A DNA stretch of 63,931 bases, the filler included, from Octopus bimaculoides (lineage: Eukaryota), in the NCBI RefSeq assembly GCF_001194135.2. It is 7 parts of 6 records of this genome, joined end to end, with 100 filler letters (N's around TTAATTAATTAA, not from the genome) between each part and the next. Parts side by side here need not be neighbours in the genome. Positions count along the whole stretch, not along the records: positions 1 to 14,793 come from NC_068984.1; 6 more parts are not named here. The stretch is one strand, 5' to 3'. Under the pieces are notes generated by a model that did not search any database, had not been told where the DNA came from, and saw only the letters and a list, made by a program, of their open reading frames with translations. Both the position numbers and the translations under genes were made by a program. This document shows positions 1-11,345 of the stretch, piece after piece. Each line of letters opens with the position of its first letter. Position 1 is the first letter of the stretch.

Positions 1-204
1 TATATATATATATATATGTGTGTATGTGTGTGTATATGTTTGTGTTTGTGTTTGTCCCCCCAACATCGCTTGACAACCGATGCTGGTGTGTTTACGTCCC
101 CGTAACTTAGCAGTTCGACAAAAGAGACTGATAGAATAACTACTAGGCTTACAAATGATAAGTCCTGGGGTTGATTTGCTCAACTAAAGGCGGTGCTCCA
201 GCAT

Positions 205-478
205 GGCATGGGTTGGACGGTTTGACTGAGGACTGGCAAGCAAGGAGGCTGCACCAGGCTCTAATCTGTTCTGGCAAGATTTCTACAGCTGGATGCCCTT
301 CCTAACACGGGAGCTAGTCAGGCGACACTGGCAGTTACCACGCTCGAATGATGCTTTTTATGTGCCACTAGTACGATGGCCGGTCAGGCGACACTGGCAT
401 CGACCATGCTCGAATGGTGCTTTTTACATGCCATTGGTACGGAAACCAGTCAGGCAGTACTGGCATCAACCACGCTCT
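205..478 (-). mobile_element. RTE LINE 3' UTR fragment with three ~60-bp internal units
   Basis: Reverse complement matches 31200-31470 (gcatccagctgtagaa, caaaccgtccaacccatgc). Confidence 0.8.
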
Positions 479-622
479 GTGTAGTTAAGAAGTTTGCCTT
501 GCAACCATGTGGTTTTGAGTTCAGTACCATTGCTCAGTACCTTGGGCAAGTGTCTGCTACTGTAGCCTTGGAACGACCAATTCCTTGTGTGAAGATTTGG
601 TTGACAGAAACTAGTAAGCTTG

Positions 623-851
623 AAGGCGGCGAGCTGGCAAAATCGTTAGCACACCGGGCAAAATGCTTAGCGGTATTTCGTCTGCCGTTATGTTCTGAGT
701 TCAAATTCCGCCAGTTGACTGCCTATCATCCTTTCGGGGTCGATTAAATAAGTACCAGTTACGCACTGGAGTCGATGTAATCAACTTAATCCCTTTGCCT
801 GTCCTTGTTTATCCCCTCTGTGTGTAGCCCATTGTGGGCAATAAAGAAATA
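623..851 (+). mobile_element. tRNA-type SINE family B, young full copy
   Basis: Perfect 17-bp TSD agaaactagtaagcttg (606-622, 852-868); inserted in a SINE-A head. Other copies at about 4716-4950(-), 7125-7340(+), 25105-25230(+), 35235-35390(+), 36380-36570(-), 40400-40550(-). Confidence 0.85.
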
Positions 852-1228
852 AGAAACTAGTAAGCTTGTCTTATGTGTGTATGAATGTTGATATTTGCCT
901 TGCCTCTTACATGCCAAAAAAATGGATAGGTGGAACAGGATGGATCCAGAGTGCCTTTTTATAATCTGTTACCTCACTCCCTCCATCTCTACAACAAAAT
1001 TGATTAACCTCAGTTACAGGCTGCTGGTTTATCTATGGTGGTGGTCCAAGATAAATTATTTTATATCTGCATTTTATGAACAATTGTGGTGTTAGGTTTC
1101 CAATGGTGACAGGAATAATGAAGTGTTTTGTGCAGCGACTACCTTGTCCCTCCCCCATGTTTGTTAGGTGGAAAAGGTTATCATAGGGCGCTAGATGCTG
1201 GTCAGCTCAACCCATTCCATTTAGCATC

Positions 1229-1291
1229 AGCATCATTGTCATCATTTTGAGCACCATCATCATCATCATCACAATCATTGATATCATCACT

Positions 1292-1338
<47 letters not shown>

Positions 1339-1492
1339 CACCCACACCAACACTACTACTACTACTACTGCTACTGCTACCACCACCACCACCATCACCA
1401 TCATCATCATCACCACTACCATTTTCTCCTTCACCACCGGCATCACTTCTAGTCTCTTCACCACCGGCATCACTTCTAGTCTCTTCACCACC
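1229..1492. repeat. (CAT)n/(TAC)n/(CAC)n mosaic followed by a 27-bp unit x2.5 (1429-1492)
   Basis: Read directly. Confidence 0.9.
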
Positions 1493-1977
1493 ATTTCCAT
1501 ATTTCCTTCCTTATTCTCTCTGTCTTAGACTGAATGGATTCCTGTTTTAGATGACCAACTATTTTAGGTTTTATTCATCCTGTATTTTCTTTCCTTCCTT
1601 CCTTTCCTTTGTTTTCCTCCTCCCCCTCCTATTACTATTAGTGTTATTATTATTATAATTATTATTATTATTATTATTATTCATTTACCCATGAATATGA
1701 TTGTTCTAGAATCGAGCCTTTATCTTTACATCATATTGTCTGAACATGTTTTTCTTTTTAATAATCATTCTTTTGTTTGTGCATTTTTATAATTAGATTT
1801 GATGTGAATTAATGGAGATATTTTGGTCTGATGCTTTAATCCTGGATAATGGATCTCTCTATATACATGCTATTTAAGTCTTATTGGATGTCTCTGGCCA
1901 TTTCAATTTATTTACTGACAGCATTATATTTTAATGTGTGTGTGTGTGTGTGTTAGAAAGAGAGAATGTATATAACT

Positions 1978-2228
1978 CAGTGGTTCTCAAAACGATTTTT
2001 TGCCTACAGACCCATTTGATTCCTGTTTAACTCGAGGGGGTGGGGACCCCTGATAGCCATTTGATGTCTAAAAATTCCTATTATATTTTTATGATTAAAT
2101 ATTACTTGGAATTGCTTAGATATTTTGTTTATTCTGGAAATGCAGCCAGTTAAATGCAGATAAATTTTAACAGCAAAATCTTATATGGATCCCCAAAGGG
2201 CCATATGGACCCTGGTTGAGAACCGCTC
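1978..2228. mobile_element. hAT MITE, same family
   Basis: CAGTGGTTCTCAA..TTGAGAACCGCT; 6/8 TSD match; shares aaaatcttatatggatcccc. Confidence 0.7.
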
Positions 2229-2274
2229 TTATAAATAAGTCTCTTAAAGAATTTTCTGTTTTTAATTATTGCCA

Positions 2275-2660
2275 TCATCACCATCATCTAACATCCGTTG
2301 TCCATGTTGGCGTGGGTTGGATGGTTTGACCAGGGCTGGTAAGCTGGAAGGTTGCACCAGACTCCAGTCTGATTTGGCATGGTTTTCAGTGGCTGGATGC
2401 CCTTACTAATGCCAACCACTCTGAGAGTGTAATGGGTGTTATTTATGTGCCACTAGCATGGGTGCCATTTGTGTGACAACAGTATCTGCCACGACTGATT
2501 TTGTTCAGCTTGATGGGTCTTCTTCTGAAACACGACATAATGCCAAAGGTCTTGGTCATTGCCTCTGTGAGACCCAACACTTGAAAGGAACTCAACCGCT
2601 TTTCTTCTATGAAGCCCAATGTTCAAAAAGAGTGTATATTGACGATAATGTTTCTTAGGC
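2275..2660 (-). mobile_element. RTE LINE 3' end fragment
   Basis: Starts with (CAT)n then catgttggcgtgggttggatggtttgac; homologous to the 31040-31498 tail. Confidence 0.75.
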
Positions 2661-2717
2661 ACAAAGCCTGAAATTTTGAGAGAGGAGACCAGTTAATTAT
2701 ATTGATCCCAGTAAAAT

Positions 2718-3050
2718 GAGGGTAAAGACCCCCTTCGGTCATGAATGACCATGGGATTGCACCTAGGAAGTTCCCCTCCGAGGTACAAGTTTGGACAAGG
2801 TTGATCATGGAAGACAAGCAGTCACTCATGCATTCCAGCCTCCCTTCTCCACATCACCAATGTTATCCAAGGGAAAGGCAAAGGGGCCAACACAGTTTGG
2901 CACCATTGACACTGCAACCCATTTGTACAGCTGAGTGAACTGGTTCAACATGAAATAAAGTGTCTTGCTCAAGAACACAACATAGAGCCTGGTCCAGGGA
3001 TTGAACTCACTACCTCATGATTGTGAGCCCAATGCTCTAAACACTGAGCC
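2718..3050 (-). mobile_element. SINE family C (tRNA head, gttgtgttcttgagcaagacacttt central domain)
   Basis: Minus strand ggctcagtgtttagagcattgggctcacaatcatgaggtagtgagttcaatccc has A and B boxes; near-identical architecture at 16101-16410. Confidence 0.8.
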
Positions 3051-3194
3051 TGATATTTCATTTGAACCAGGAGCAGGAAAGGTAAGGTTAATGATAGCAA
3101 GATTTGAATCTAGAATGTATTGAACCAAAATAAATACAATGACCATTTTGTCCCACAGTGTAATAATTTTGCCCGTCACAGCTACGCTAAGCTC

Positions 3195-3420
3195 CAGTTG
3201 TCTGTTTTGGCATCACTTCTGCCACCGGATGCCCTTCCTAATGCCAACAACTAAACAGTGTGTACTGGGTACTTTCTATGTGACACCAGCTCAGGTGCTT
3301 TTAACATGGTACCAGTATGGGTGCTTTTTTTATGTGGTGTCAGGACAAGTGCCTTTAATATGGCACTGGCACAGGTGCTTCTAGTGTAGCACCAGCACAG
3401 GTACTTTGTATATGGCACCA
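3195..3420 (-). mobile_element. Degenerate RTE 3' UTR fragment
   Basis: ggatgcccttcctaatgccaac and repeated gtgcttt..atgtggcacc units. Confidence 0.55.
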
Positions 3421-3477
3421 GTCTACTGTTGTATCGTTACTATAACAACTGCTTAAATAATCTTTCTTGTGTTACAG

Positions 3478-3602
3478 GTTTGTACAAAGGGAAAAGCCCA
3501 TGTCATGAAGTTCCTACAGAAGGTAGCTGACCGGAACAAAGCACTTCTCAATGACAACGAAATGAAGTGGAACTGTAGGAAATCTTTCCCTCAGCCTGCT
3601 GC
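3478..3602 (+). CDS. Internal coding exon of unidentified host gene (VCTKGKAHVMKFLQKVADRNKALLNDNEMKWNCRKSFPQPA+GC), phase 0 to 2
   Basis: Acceptor tctttcttgtgttacag ends at 3477 and donor gtaagt starts at 3603. Only one of three frames is open across the 125 nt. Non-repetitive sequence. End phase fits the exon at 6208. Confidence 0.75.
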
Positions 3603-4079
3603 GTAAGTAATGCCCTTCCATACCATCACACTACCACTACTGCTATTACTGATAGCTGATTGGTTTAAACCCCATTCATTATCTCTGTAGGTTTATGTTA
3701 CTACTATGCTTCCATACACTTAAACTTCTCACTCACAACATTTCAGCACATTTTCTTGTTGTTGTTGTTGTTTACATTATATAGTGTAGTCTTAGATACA
3801 CTGTGAATAAAAGACTGGATGGTTCTGACTGTAACATTATATAAATCTGTGGCATTCCAGCAGACTTATACAATGTTACAACCAGAAGTGTCCTGTTTTT
3901 TTTTTTTATTATTCAATGTGTCCTTCATTTTCAAAGATTGTTGTGTGCGTGAATTGAGGGATATTTTAGGTATTTCTAGCGATTCAAGTGAACACACAAA
4001 AGCTTTTGTTTTGGTTTGAGGTTTGGTTTTGTCACCCTCGAAACCCCTTCGTATTGTTTCCCCCCGCTTCATCAACCTC

Positions 4080-4214
4080 CTTTACTACTACTACTACTAC
4101 TACTACTATTTGGTAAACATCAGCTGCTACCACCAACACAATTACCACTTGTAATGCTATTACTACAGCTTCTATTACCACTCCCACTTGTAATTCTTTT
4201 ACTATTGCTACTTG

Positions 4215-4253
<39 letters not shown>

Positions 4254-4285
4254 GCCGCCACCATCACTAGCGCCACCACCATTGC
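4080..4285. repeat. (CTA)n-based trinucleotide mosaic
   Basis: Read directly. Confidence 0.85.
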
Positions 4286-4559
4286 CATTAGTATTTAGTT
4301 TTCCACTGCTTCTTCAACCAAAATCTTCATTACGTCACATTTCTGATTTTCAGATGTTCGAATTAGTTGGGTGTACCCTACTTAGTGGTCATTAAATTAG
4401 ACAAAATGGTCATCAATTAAATGTACAAACGTGACCATCCCACAGACACTCATGCTCTTATATAACCTGTATGAAATACAAATGTACTCTAATATAATCC
4501 TTACAATATACAATTGTATTCTTGTATCTCCTTCTTTGGTTGTCCGTTGTAGGTCAACA

Positions 4560-5130
4560 TTCATCATCACCACCATCATCATCATTGTTTAATGTCCGCC
4601 TTCCATGCTAGCATGCATGGGATGGTTTCACAAGAGCTGGCCTGGTAGAAGCCTGCACCAGACTTCTGTGACTGTTTTGGCAGGATTTTTACAGCTGGAT
4701 GCTCTTTCTAACATCATATTTCTTTATTGCCCACAAGGGGCTAAACATAGAGGGGACAAACAAGGACAGACAAAGGGATTAAGTCTATTACATTGACCCC
4801 AGTGCGTAACTGATACTTAATTTATTGACCCCGAAAGGATGAAAGGCAAAGTCGACCTCGGTGAAATTTGAACTCAGAACGTAGCGGCAGATGAAATACC
4901 GCTAAGCATCTTGCCCGGCGTACTAATGTTTCTGCCAGCTCACCGCCTTTTTAACATCAACCATTCAGCAGAGTGGACTTAGTGCTTTTTACTTGGCACA
5001 AGCACAGTCGTGGTCAGTTTTGGCAAGGATTTTTACAGCTGGATGCCCTTCCAAATGCCAACCACTTTACAGTGTGGACCGGGTGCTTATAAGTGGCACC
5101 TGCCCTGACAGGGTCACCAAGTACTTGCAA
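4560..5130 (-). mobile_element. RTE 3' fragments interrupted by a SINE-B copy (about 4716-4950)
   Basis: RTE tail breaks at taacatca (about 4708) and resumes after taacatca (about 4952), a TSD-like duplication. Confidence 0.65.
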
Positions 5131-5499
5131 GACAAAAAAATAACCTTTCAAGAGGGGAGGTGATCTTGTGTTGGATGATGAGAAGTTATAGTGAAACAGA
5201 TCCAGGTGTCTTGCAGTAGAGAAAGTACAAGGTTACCTGGTTGGAGAGAGAGAGAGAGAGATCAGGAATGAAGACTGAAGCAGAGAAATCATCTCTGTCA
5301 GGTTCTCATGTGGGCTACAAGGCCTGCCCTTGATCTGCTGCAGGTGAAGCTAACTAATGCAACAGAGCAGTAACGCTTCTCATGTGCTCTTTCGTATTCT
5401 CTCCCTAGTTTCTCTTCAACCTTGCAACAGACAATTCCACTCTTATGTATACCTTAACTAAAATTGTGTCTTTCTAACAAAACTGAATCTATCTTAACA

Positions 5500-6125
5500 C
5501 AATTGTAATGCCTTAACCTATTTATTCTCACCTCACATGTTTCTACCCCTCTTAATGTAATTGTACTGTTCTTATTGTGAGTACACCCTTAATTGTACCT
5601 TCATATAATTTAATTGTACTGGACTTAGTGTGATTGTACCTTCACTTCTAATCCTTTTAATGTAGTTATGTCCCTCTTAATATGATTGTATCTCTAACTT
5701 AATTCTACTCCCTTTTTTTGATTGCACCCATAAATTATACTTTCCTTAGCATTATTGCCCCCTTTGTTGTACCCCTCTGAGCATGATGGTACGTTAGCAG
5801 TTCGGCAAAAGAGAATGATAGAATAAGTACTAAGCTTAAAAAAAAAGTCCTGGGGTCGATTTCTTTGACCAAAAATCATCAAAGCGGCACCCTGGCATGG
5901 CAACAGTCAAATGACTGAATCGTGTAAAAGAGAATAAAAGAAAATACCCTTGGTTATTCTTCTGTTTTGGGGATTTTTACCCTTAATTGTACCCGTAACT
6001 GAATTGTACTCCACTTAATGTGAATATATCCTTAGTTCTACATTGTACTCTTCTTATTGTTGTTGTTTCCTTTATTTAATTGTACTCCTCCTTAATGTGA
6101 TGATTGAACTCTCTAAATTGAAATT
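5500..6125. repeat. Degenerate array of about 10 (A/G/C)ATTGTA(C) motifs, interrupted by a SINE-A tail
   Basis: Recurrent ttaattgtact/c with variable spacing. Confidence 0.5.
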
Positions 6126-6207
6126 CTACCAATTTCTTTTCCAAATGTAAATAATTAATTAAACGAATACTAATTTCTCTCGATATGTTGTTTGTTTGTA
6201 TTTGCAG

Positions 6208-6322
6208 ACCCACAGAAGAATTTAGCAATTTGTCACCAGAACAGCGCTGGAAGCGACACATGCTCAGTAGTGATTCTGGCTATATCGATGGTAGTGACAA
6301 GAGTAACTGGTCCTTACTTGAG
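6208..6322 (+). CDS. Coding exon of same gene (A+PTEEFSNLSPEQRWKRHMLSSDSGYIDGSDKSNWSLLE); frame stays open to TAG at 6500-6502 if the donor is not used
   Basis: Acceptor tttgtttgtatttgcag; phase 2 start joins GC+A=Ala with the previous exon; donor GAG/gtaaat at 6323; overlaps ORF 6185-6502. Confidence 0.7.
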
Positions 6323-7519
6323 GTAAATAAGGTGTCCCCTCCAGCATGGCCTGAATGTGTGTCTGCTACCCCGTTGGCTCCTTGTTACGACTACATTATG
6401 AGAAAACTTGGCAACAACACCAACAATCATCACTACCTTCAACAACCAACTCGACTATATGACAATAGAATAGAGGTAGCCTTCATTTTGTCTCTCCTAT
6501 AGCTACGACCAAAACACAGCTTATAGACCAGCTTAGGCACACCTTCTTTATTTAACACTATTTCCCTTTTTTTATTTTGGAGGTCGCTAACTGCGGACTT
6601 TAATGAAAGGAAACCCTTGCAAATCTCTTTAAGCTTATATATAGTTAGTTTAAAAAATCATTTTGTTAAAGTCTAAACTATTTTATCCTTTTTTTTTTTT
6701 ATCCAGCTTTCTACTAATTATTTGCTTTCAGTATTTGTTTAAATTGTAATTTTTGTAGTGCTTATAGAATTTCAAATTCCTTGAAGTGGTAGAAATGGTA
6801 GAACGCTGCTGGGCTTCAGGCATTTAAATTCTACTCGACTAACAGTCTTAGTTGGAATGACAAACCAGAATTAGCTTTGGCTTACATTCTCTCCAGGGTC
6901 AATGAAATATATATCAGTCATATATACTAGGCATCAACTTTATTGACTGGATTCCTTTCTGGTTCCTTATGTTTTGAGTTCAAATCCTGCCATGTTTAGA
7001 CTTTTCTTCTTTTTGGAGTCAATAAAATACCAGTGAAATGCCAGGGCCTGTGGTATTGAGTAACACCTTCCCTTAAATTCCAGGCCTCGTGCCTATACTA
7101 GAATCAGTTATTAGCCTTGAGAAAGCTGCGGACTGGCAAGATCATTAGCATGCTGGACGAAATGCTTAGTGGTATTTCACCCGTCGCTGTGTTCTGAGTT
7201 CAAATTTCACTGAGTTCGACTTTTCCATTCATCCTTTCAGGGTCGATAAATTAAGTACCAGTGAAACACTGGGGTCGATATAATCGACTAGTCCCCTTCC
7301 TCAAAATTTCAGGCCCTGTAACTTTAATAGATAGGATTATTAGCCATGGGCCTATTTAAGAAAATGTTTTTGTTGTTATTGATGCTTTACATAGATACAA
7401 GGTTAGAGATGTGTTCAAGTTTAGAGTAAACTTCTGAATGAATTCTCAGTTGCTGTTTAGTTTCATTTACTACTCCTGTGGAAGATTTCAACGAGGAAAC
7501 CTTTATGAGGTTGTTTGAA

Positions 7520-7830
7520 CATGATCTGCTAGAAGTAGCAGTCAAATCTACCTCAAATCACACTCTCACTCTATTATCTTGAAAAAAAATGTAAGGACAC
7601 ATGGGATAATGTAGCCCTGGGTTTTGATATTGGTGGTGGGGGGAATGGTTTTGGCTGGAATAGGGCAGACCTAGGGCCAAACAGCAATACCAGGGGCCTC
7701 ATCAAGTTAATGAGCTTTATTTTTTTTAACCTGCTAGATATAGCAGTCAAATATCTTTCATATCACACCTGTCATTTTAAGAAAGAAAGGATAGATCGGA
7801 TAATGTTGTTCTAAGTATGAAAGGCAAAAG
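7520..7830 (+). repeat. Unclassified interspersed repeat (ctgctagaa.tagcag.caaat), two tandem starts
   Basis: Related pieces at about 11945-12050, 13390-13500(-), 19130-19205, 19440-19570, 44350-44460. Confidence 0.5.
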
Positions 7831-8416
7831 GGATATCTTTGGGAACAGCCTGTTGCATCTGGCTGACTGGGTATAAACGAGAATGCTAGATTTCCATCTC
7901 TTGTACCCTGCAAGATTGGGAGGAAACAAAGGCAGTTAGCCCATCATTCTACCATTTCTGCCACTTTCTGGTTCTAGTCATTAGTTTTACCATTCTTTGT
8001 AGAACACCTAAAGACTAGCAACTATAAAAGACATTTTTACCTGGCTTATGCTTACCTTACATTTCCTTCCTTCTTTCCTTCCTTAACAAATTGGTTTTGA
8101 ATCAAGCAGGGAGCCAAGTTTCCTTCACCTTTGTTTATTCTTTCTTCCTCACTGTTTGGAGTGTATCACTTTCCCTCCTCTCAAAGTATTCTAACTTCTG
8201 TTTTTTATGTTTGTGTGTCCTCCCTATCACATTCAAGATGGTACACCATGTGTGGTACATGGTCTCTGGTTTGGTACATGGCCTTCCCGTATTATTCTTT
8301 TATTTCAGATGTTTTACTACCAATTTATTTATTTTAAATATTTTTGTTATTTTCAGTGAGTATTTGTTAAAAAAAACAAAAAAACTCACTGATTTAATCT
8401 CACTGTCAACAGACCA

Positions 8417-8935
8417 ATGATATCATTTCTGTCTATTTACAAACCAATGATATCGTTTCTCTCAGTCAACAAACCAATGATATCATTTCTGTCTGTCAAC
8501 AAATCAATGATATCATTTCTGTCTGTCAACAAACCAACGATATCATTTCTGTCTGTCAACAGACCAATGATATCATTTCTGTCTATTTACAAACCAATGA
8601 TATCATTTCTCTCAGTCAACAAACCAATGATATCATTTCTGTCTGTTAACAAGCCAATGATATCATTTCTCTCAGTCAACAAACCAATGATATCATTTCT
8701 GTCTATTTACAAACCAATGATATCGTTTCTCTCAGTCAACAAACCAGATATCATTTCTCTCAGTCAACAAACCAATGATATCATTTCTGTCTATTTACAA
8801 ACCAATGATATCGTTTCTCTCAGTCAACAAACCAGTGATATCGTTTCTCTCAGTCAACAAACCAGTGATATCATTTCTGCCTGTCAACAAAGCAGCGATA
8901 TCATTCTCTGTCAACAAGCCACTGATATCATCTCC
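8417..8935. repeat. 30-bp minisatellite, about 17.5 units (ATGATATCATTTCTGTCTGTCAACAAACCA)
   Basis: Units read directly; three variant types; one 28-bp unit and shortened edge units. Confidence 0.95.
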
Positions 8936-8991
8936 CCATGTTTGTTTTCTGGTGTTAACTGTTGTATTTATCACTATTACACTGGGGCATG

Positions 8992-9044
<53 letters not shown>

Positions 9045-9229
9045 ACCTATCTATATATATATATAAACTAGTTTACTTATTAGTACACAACATGAATGCA
9101 TGTTTGTCTGTGTGTCCACACTGGTATTTTTCATTTCCACATCTGTTATGCGTGTGTGTACCTGTCCACCATATTTAAATCATTGAAAAAGTTTCTTCCG
9201 TTTGTTTTTATTTAATATTTATTGTCCAG

Positions 9230-9376
9230 TTTAACTCCTTTTCGAGTTTACATCCATAATTACTCATCCCCGATCTACTATAGTCCATATCCATCTCCGT
9301 CCATTTGTATCGTCCACCCCACATATAATTACATTCGTTTCCCATTCAACGACCGGCCGCTCTCTTTAGTCATTCA
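9230..9376 (+). CDS. Candidate symmetric (phase 2-2) cassette exon LTPFRVYIHNYSSPIYYSPYPSPSICIVHPTYNYIRFPFNDRPLSLVI
   Basis: ttattgtccag acceptor, CA/gtgagt donor, 147 nt, open frame, CpG-retaining unique sequence. No homology evidence. Confidence 0.3.
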
Positions 9377-9801
9377 GTGAGTACCTCCCACCCCTGACTT
9401 TTGTAAGCAAGAATACACCCCCCTCCCAATACGCATGCAGTCACTAAAGTTCTGAAAGACTAATGGTAAAGCACAGATAGTCTAGGTGTGTAGTGGGTAT
9501 GTCGGATATTTGGTAGAAAACTAGAAACTGGTGATGGATGAACGCCACCACCACCACATACCACCTAGGTCATCTGCACTCATGATACATGCATAGACAA
9601 AGCCCTGCTTTCCACATGCACACGCACACACACACACACACACACTTCTCAACTGCACAATCATATACCAAATACATTGATTACGCAGTGCACACACACA
9701 CGCACACATATATATATATATGCACACTAACACCATCTATGTACACATGGTTACATCCAGTCACTAAATACACAAGCTTTTATTCATGGTCAGTCATGTT
9801 T

Positions 9802-9835
<34 letters not shown>

Positions 9836-9910
9836 TCCCTCTCTCCAACTAACATACACAGACTGTATGTGTTCATTATTGACACATGCGTCTCACTCCA
9901 TACCAACATT

Positions 9911-10299
9911 TTATTTGTTTATTTGTTTCAGTCGTTTGACTGCTGCCATGCTGGAGCACTGACTTCAGTTGAACATATCAACCCTAGGACTTATTCTTTG
10001 TAAGTCTAGTACTCATTCTATCGGTCTCTTTTGCCAAACTGCTAAGTTACGGGTGGGCATAAACACACCAACATCGGTTGTCAAGTGATGGTAGTGGTGG
10101 GGACACACATACACACTCAAATATATATATATATATGTTGGGCTTCTTTCAGTTTCCTTCTACCAAGTCCACTCACAAAGCTTTTGGTTGGCCCAAGGCT
10201 ATAGTAGAAGACACTTGCCCAAAGTGCCACGCTGTGGGACTGAACCCGGAACCATGTGGTTGGGAAGAAAGTTTCTTATCATGCAGCCATTCTTGTGCC
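9911..10299 (-). mobile_element. SINE family A full copy (tRNA-like head, internal microsatellite, gtaacttagc..ggtgctccagcatgg tail)
   Basis: Colinear with copies at 10455, 26833, 50807 and 60641. Confidence 0.8.
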
Positions 10300-10454
10300 T
10301 AAATTTTGTATAAATTTTCTACGTACAGACTTACTTGCACATTATACACACATGTACATACTAAAAATACTCATATAAACACATTATAGAGACTAAATAA
10401 ACACACACATACTTTGTCTGCTGTCATCCCACTATAGACTATATATAAATTTAC

Positions 10455-10812
10455 TGTGGCTGCGTGGTAAGAAGTTTACTTCCCAGCCACCTAGTTCAGG
10501 GTTCAGTCCCACCCTGTGGCACCTTGGTCAAGTGGCTTCTAATAGCTGCAAGTCGACCAAAGCCTTGTAAGTAGATTTGGCTGAAGGAAAGTGAAAAGAA
10601 GCCCATCGTGTGTGTGTGGGTATTTGTCTTCCAACACTGCTTGATGTGTGTTGGTGTGTTTATGCCTCTGTAACTTAGCAGTTTGGCAAAAGAGACTGGT
10701 AGAAGAAGTACCAGGCTTTAAAAAAAAATATGTATCGAGTTGATTCGTTCGACTGAAATCCTTCAAGGTGCTGCCCCAGCATGGCCACAGCCTAATTACT
10801 GAAACAAGTAAA
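10455..10812 (+). mobile_element. SINE family A full copy
   Basis: gtggctgcgtggtaagaagtttacttcc head; ccttggtcaagtg core; tail ends gaaacaagtaaa. Confidence 0.8.
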
Positions 10813-11285
10813 CGTACTTGAATGATACAAAATAGCCCAGCACACACACACACACACTTTTACATGCTCGCACCATAAAGACACAATACACACACACACA
10901 CACACACACACACACTGTAAAAGTGTATTGCCAGCCCACACCGTAAAACACACAAGGGTGTGTGCACTTTATATACTAATGAACTAATGACAGCTACTTT
11001 TGTTTATGTGCCCTGTCACTGCTCATGTACAGTGACACATCTACACACTCTATAAACACACCCATACATCCATTCAGGTGCTGTAACACCACATATTATA
11101 TATACACTCACTAAACAAACATACATACTACGTATAACTCGCCCCTACACACACACACACCTCCCATTCCCTCCCGTTGTTGTGTGAACACATAAACTTC
11201 TCTAATTGTTCATTTTAGATTACTTTACAAACACAGCAGTCTGTTAAGATTGTTTAATTACCTTCGTCTTCTTTATATAATTTAG

Positions 11286-11345
11286 GAAGATAATTAGTTC
11301 TGCTCCCCACCCGTCCTCCACACAGCCCCATTTTAAAAGACTGTT
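11286..11345 (+). CDS. Candidate phase-2 exon KIISSAPHPSSTQPHFKRL (donor gttagt), or terminal exon open to TGA at 11470-11472
   Basis: ccttcgtcttctttatataatttag acceptor; 61 open codons follow; no homology evidence. Confidence 0.25.

Noticed and set aside
3478-3540. KGKAHVMKFL as adenylyl cyclase C2 end, SAM domain or RhoGAP helix
   Set aside because: Only 3-5 residue coincidences with wrong spacing; needs a profile search.
6208-6260. EEFSNLSPEQRWKR resembles the F-BAR (CIP4/FNBP1) pre-HR1 motif DFSNLPPEQRRKK
   Set aside because: The following residues do not form the HR1 coiled coil and the previous exon is not F-BAR-like, so no gene symbol was assigned.
8417-9178. 253-aa ORF of MISFLSVNKP repeats as a protein; array as CRISPR-like
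   Set aside because: The frame changes at a 28-bp unit, edge units are not multiples of 3, and the ORF runs into (CT)n. There are no unique spacers, and the DNA is eukaryotic.
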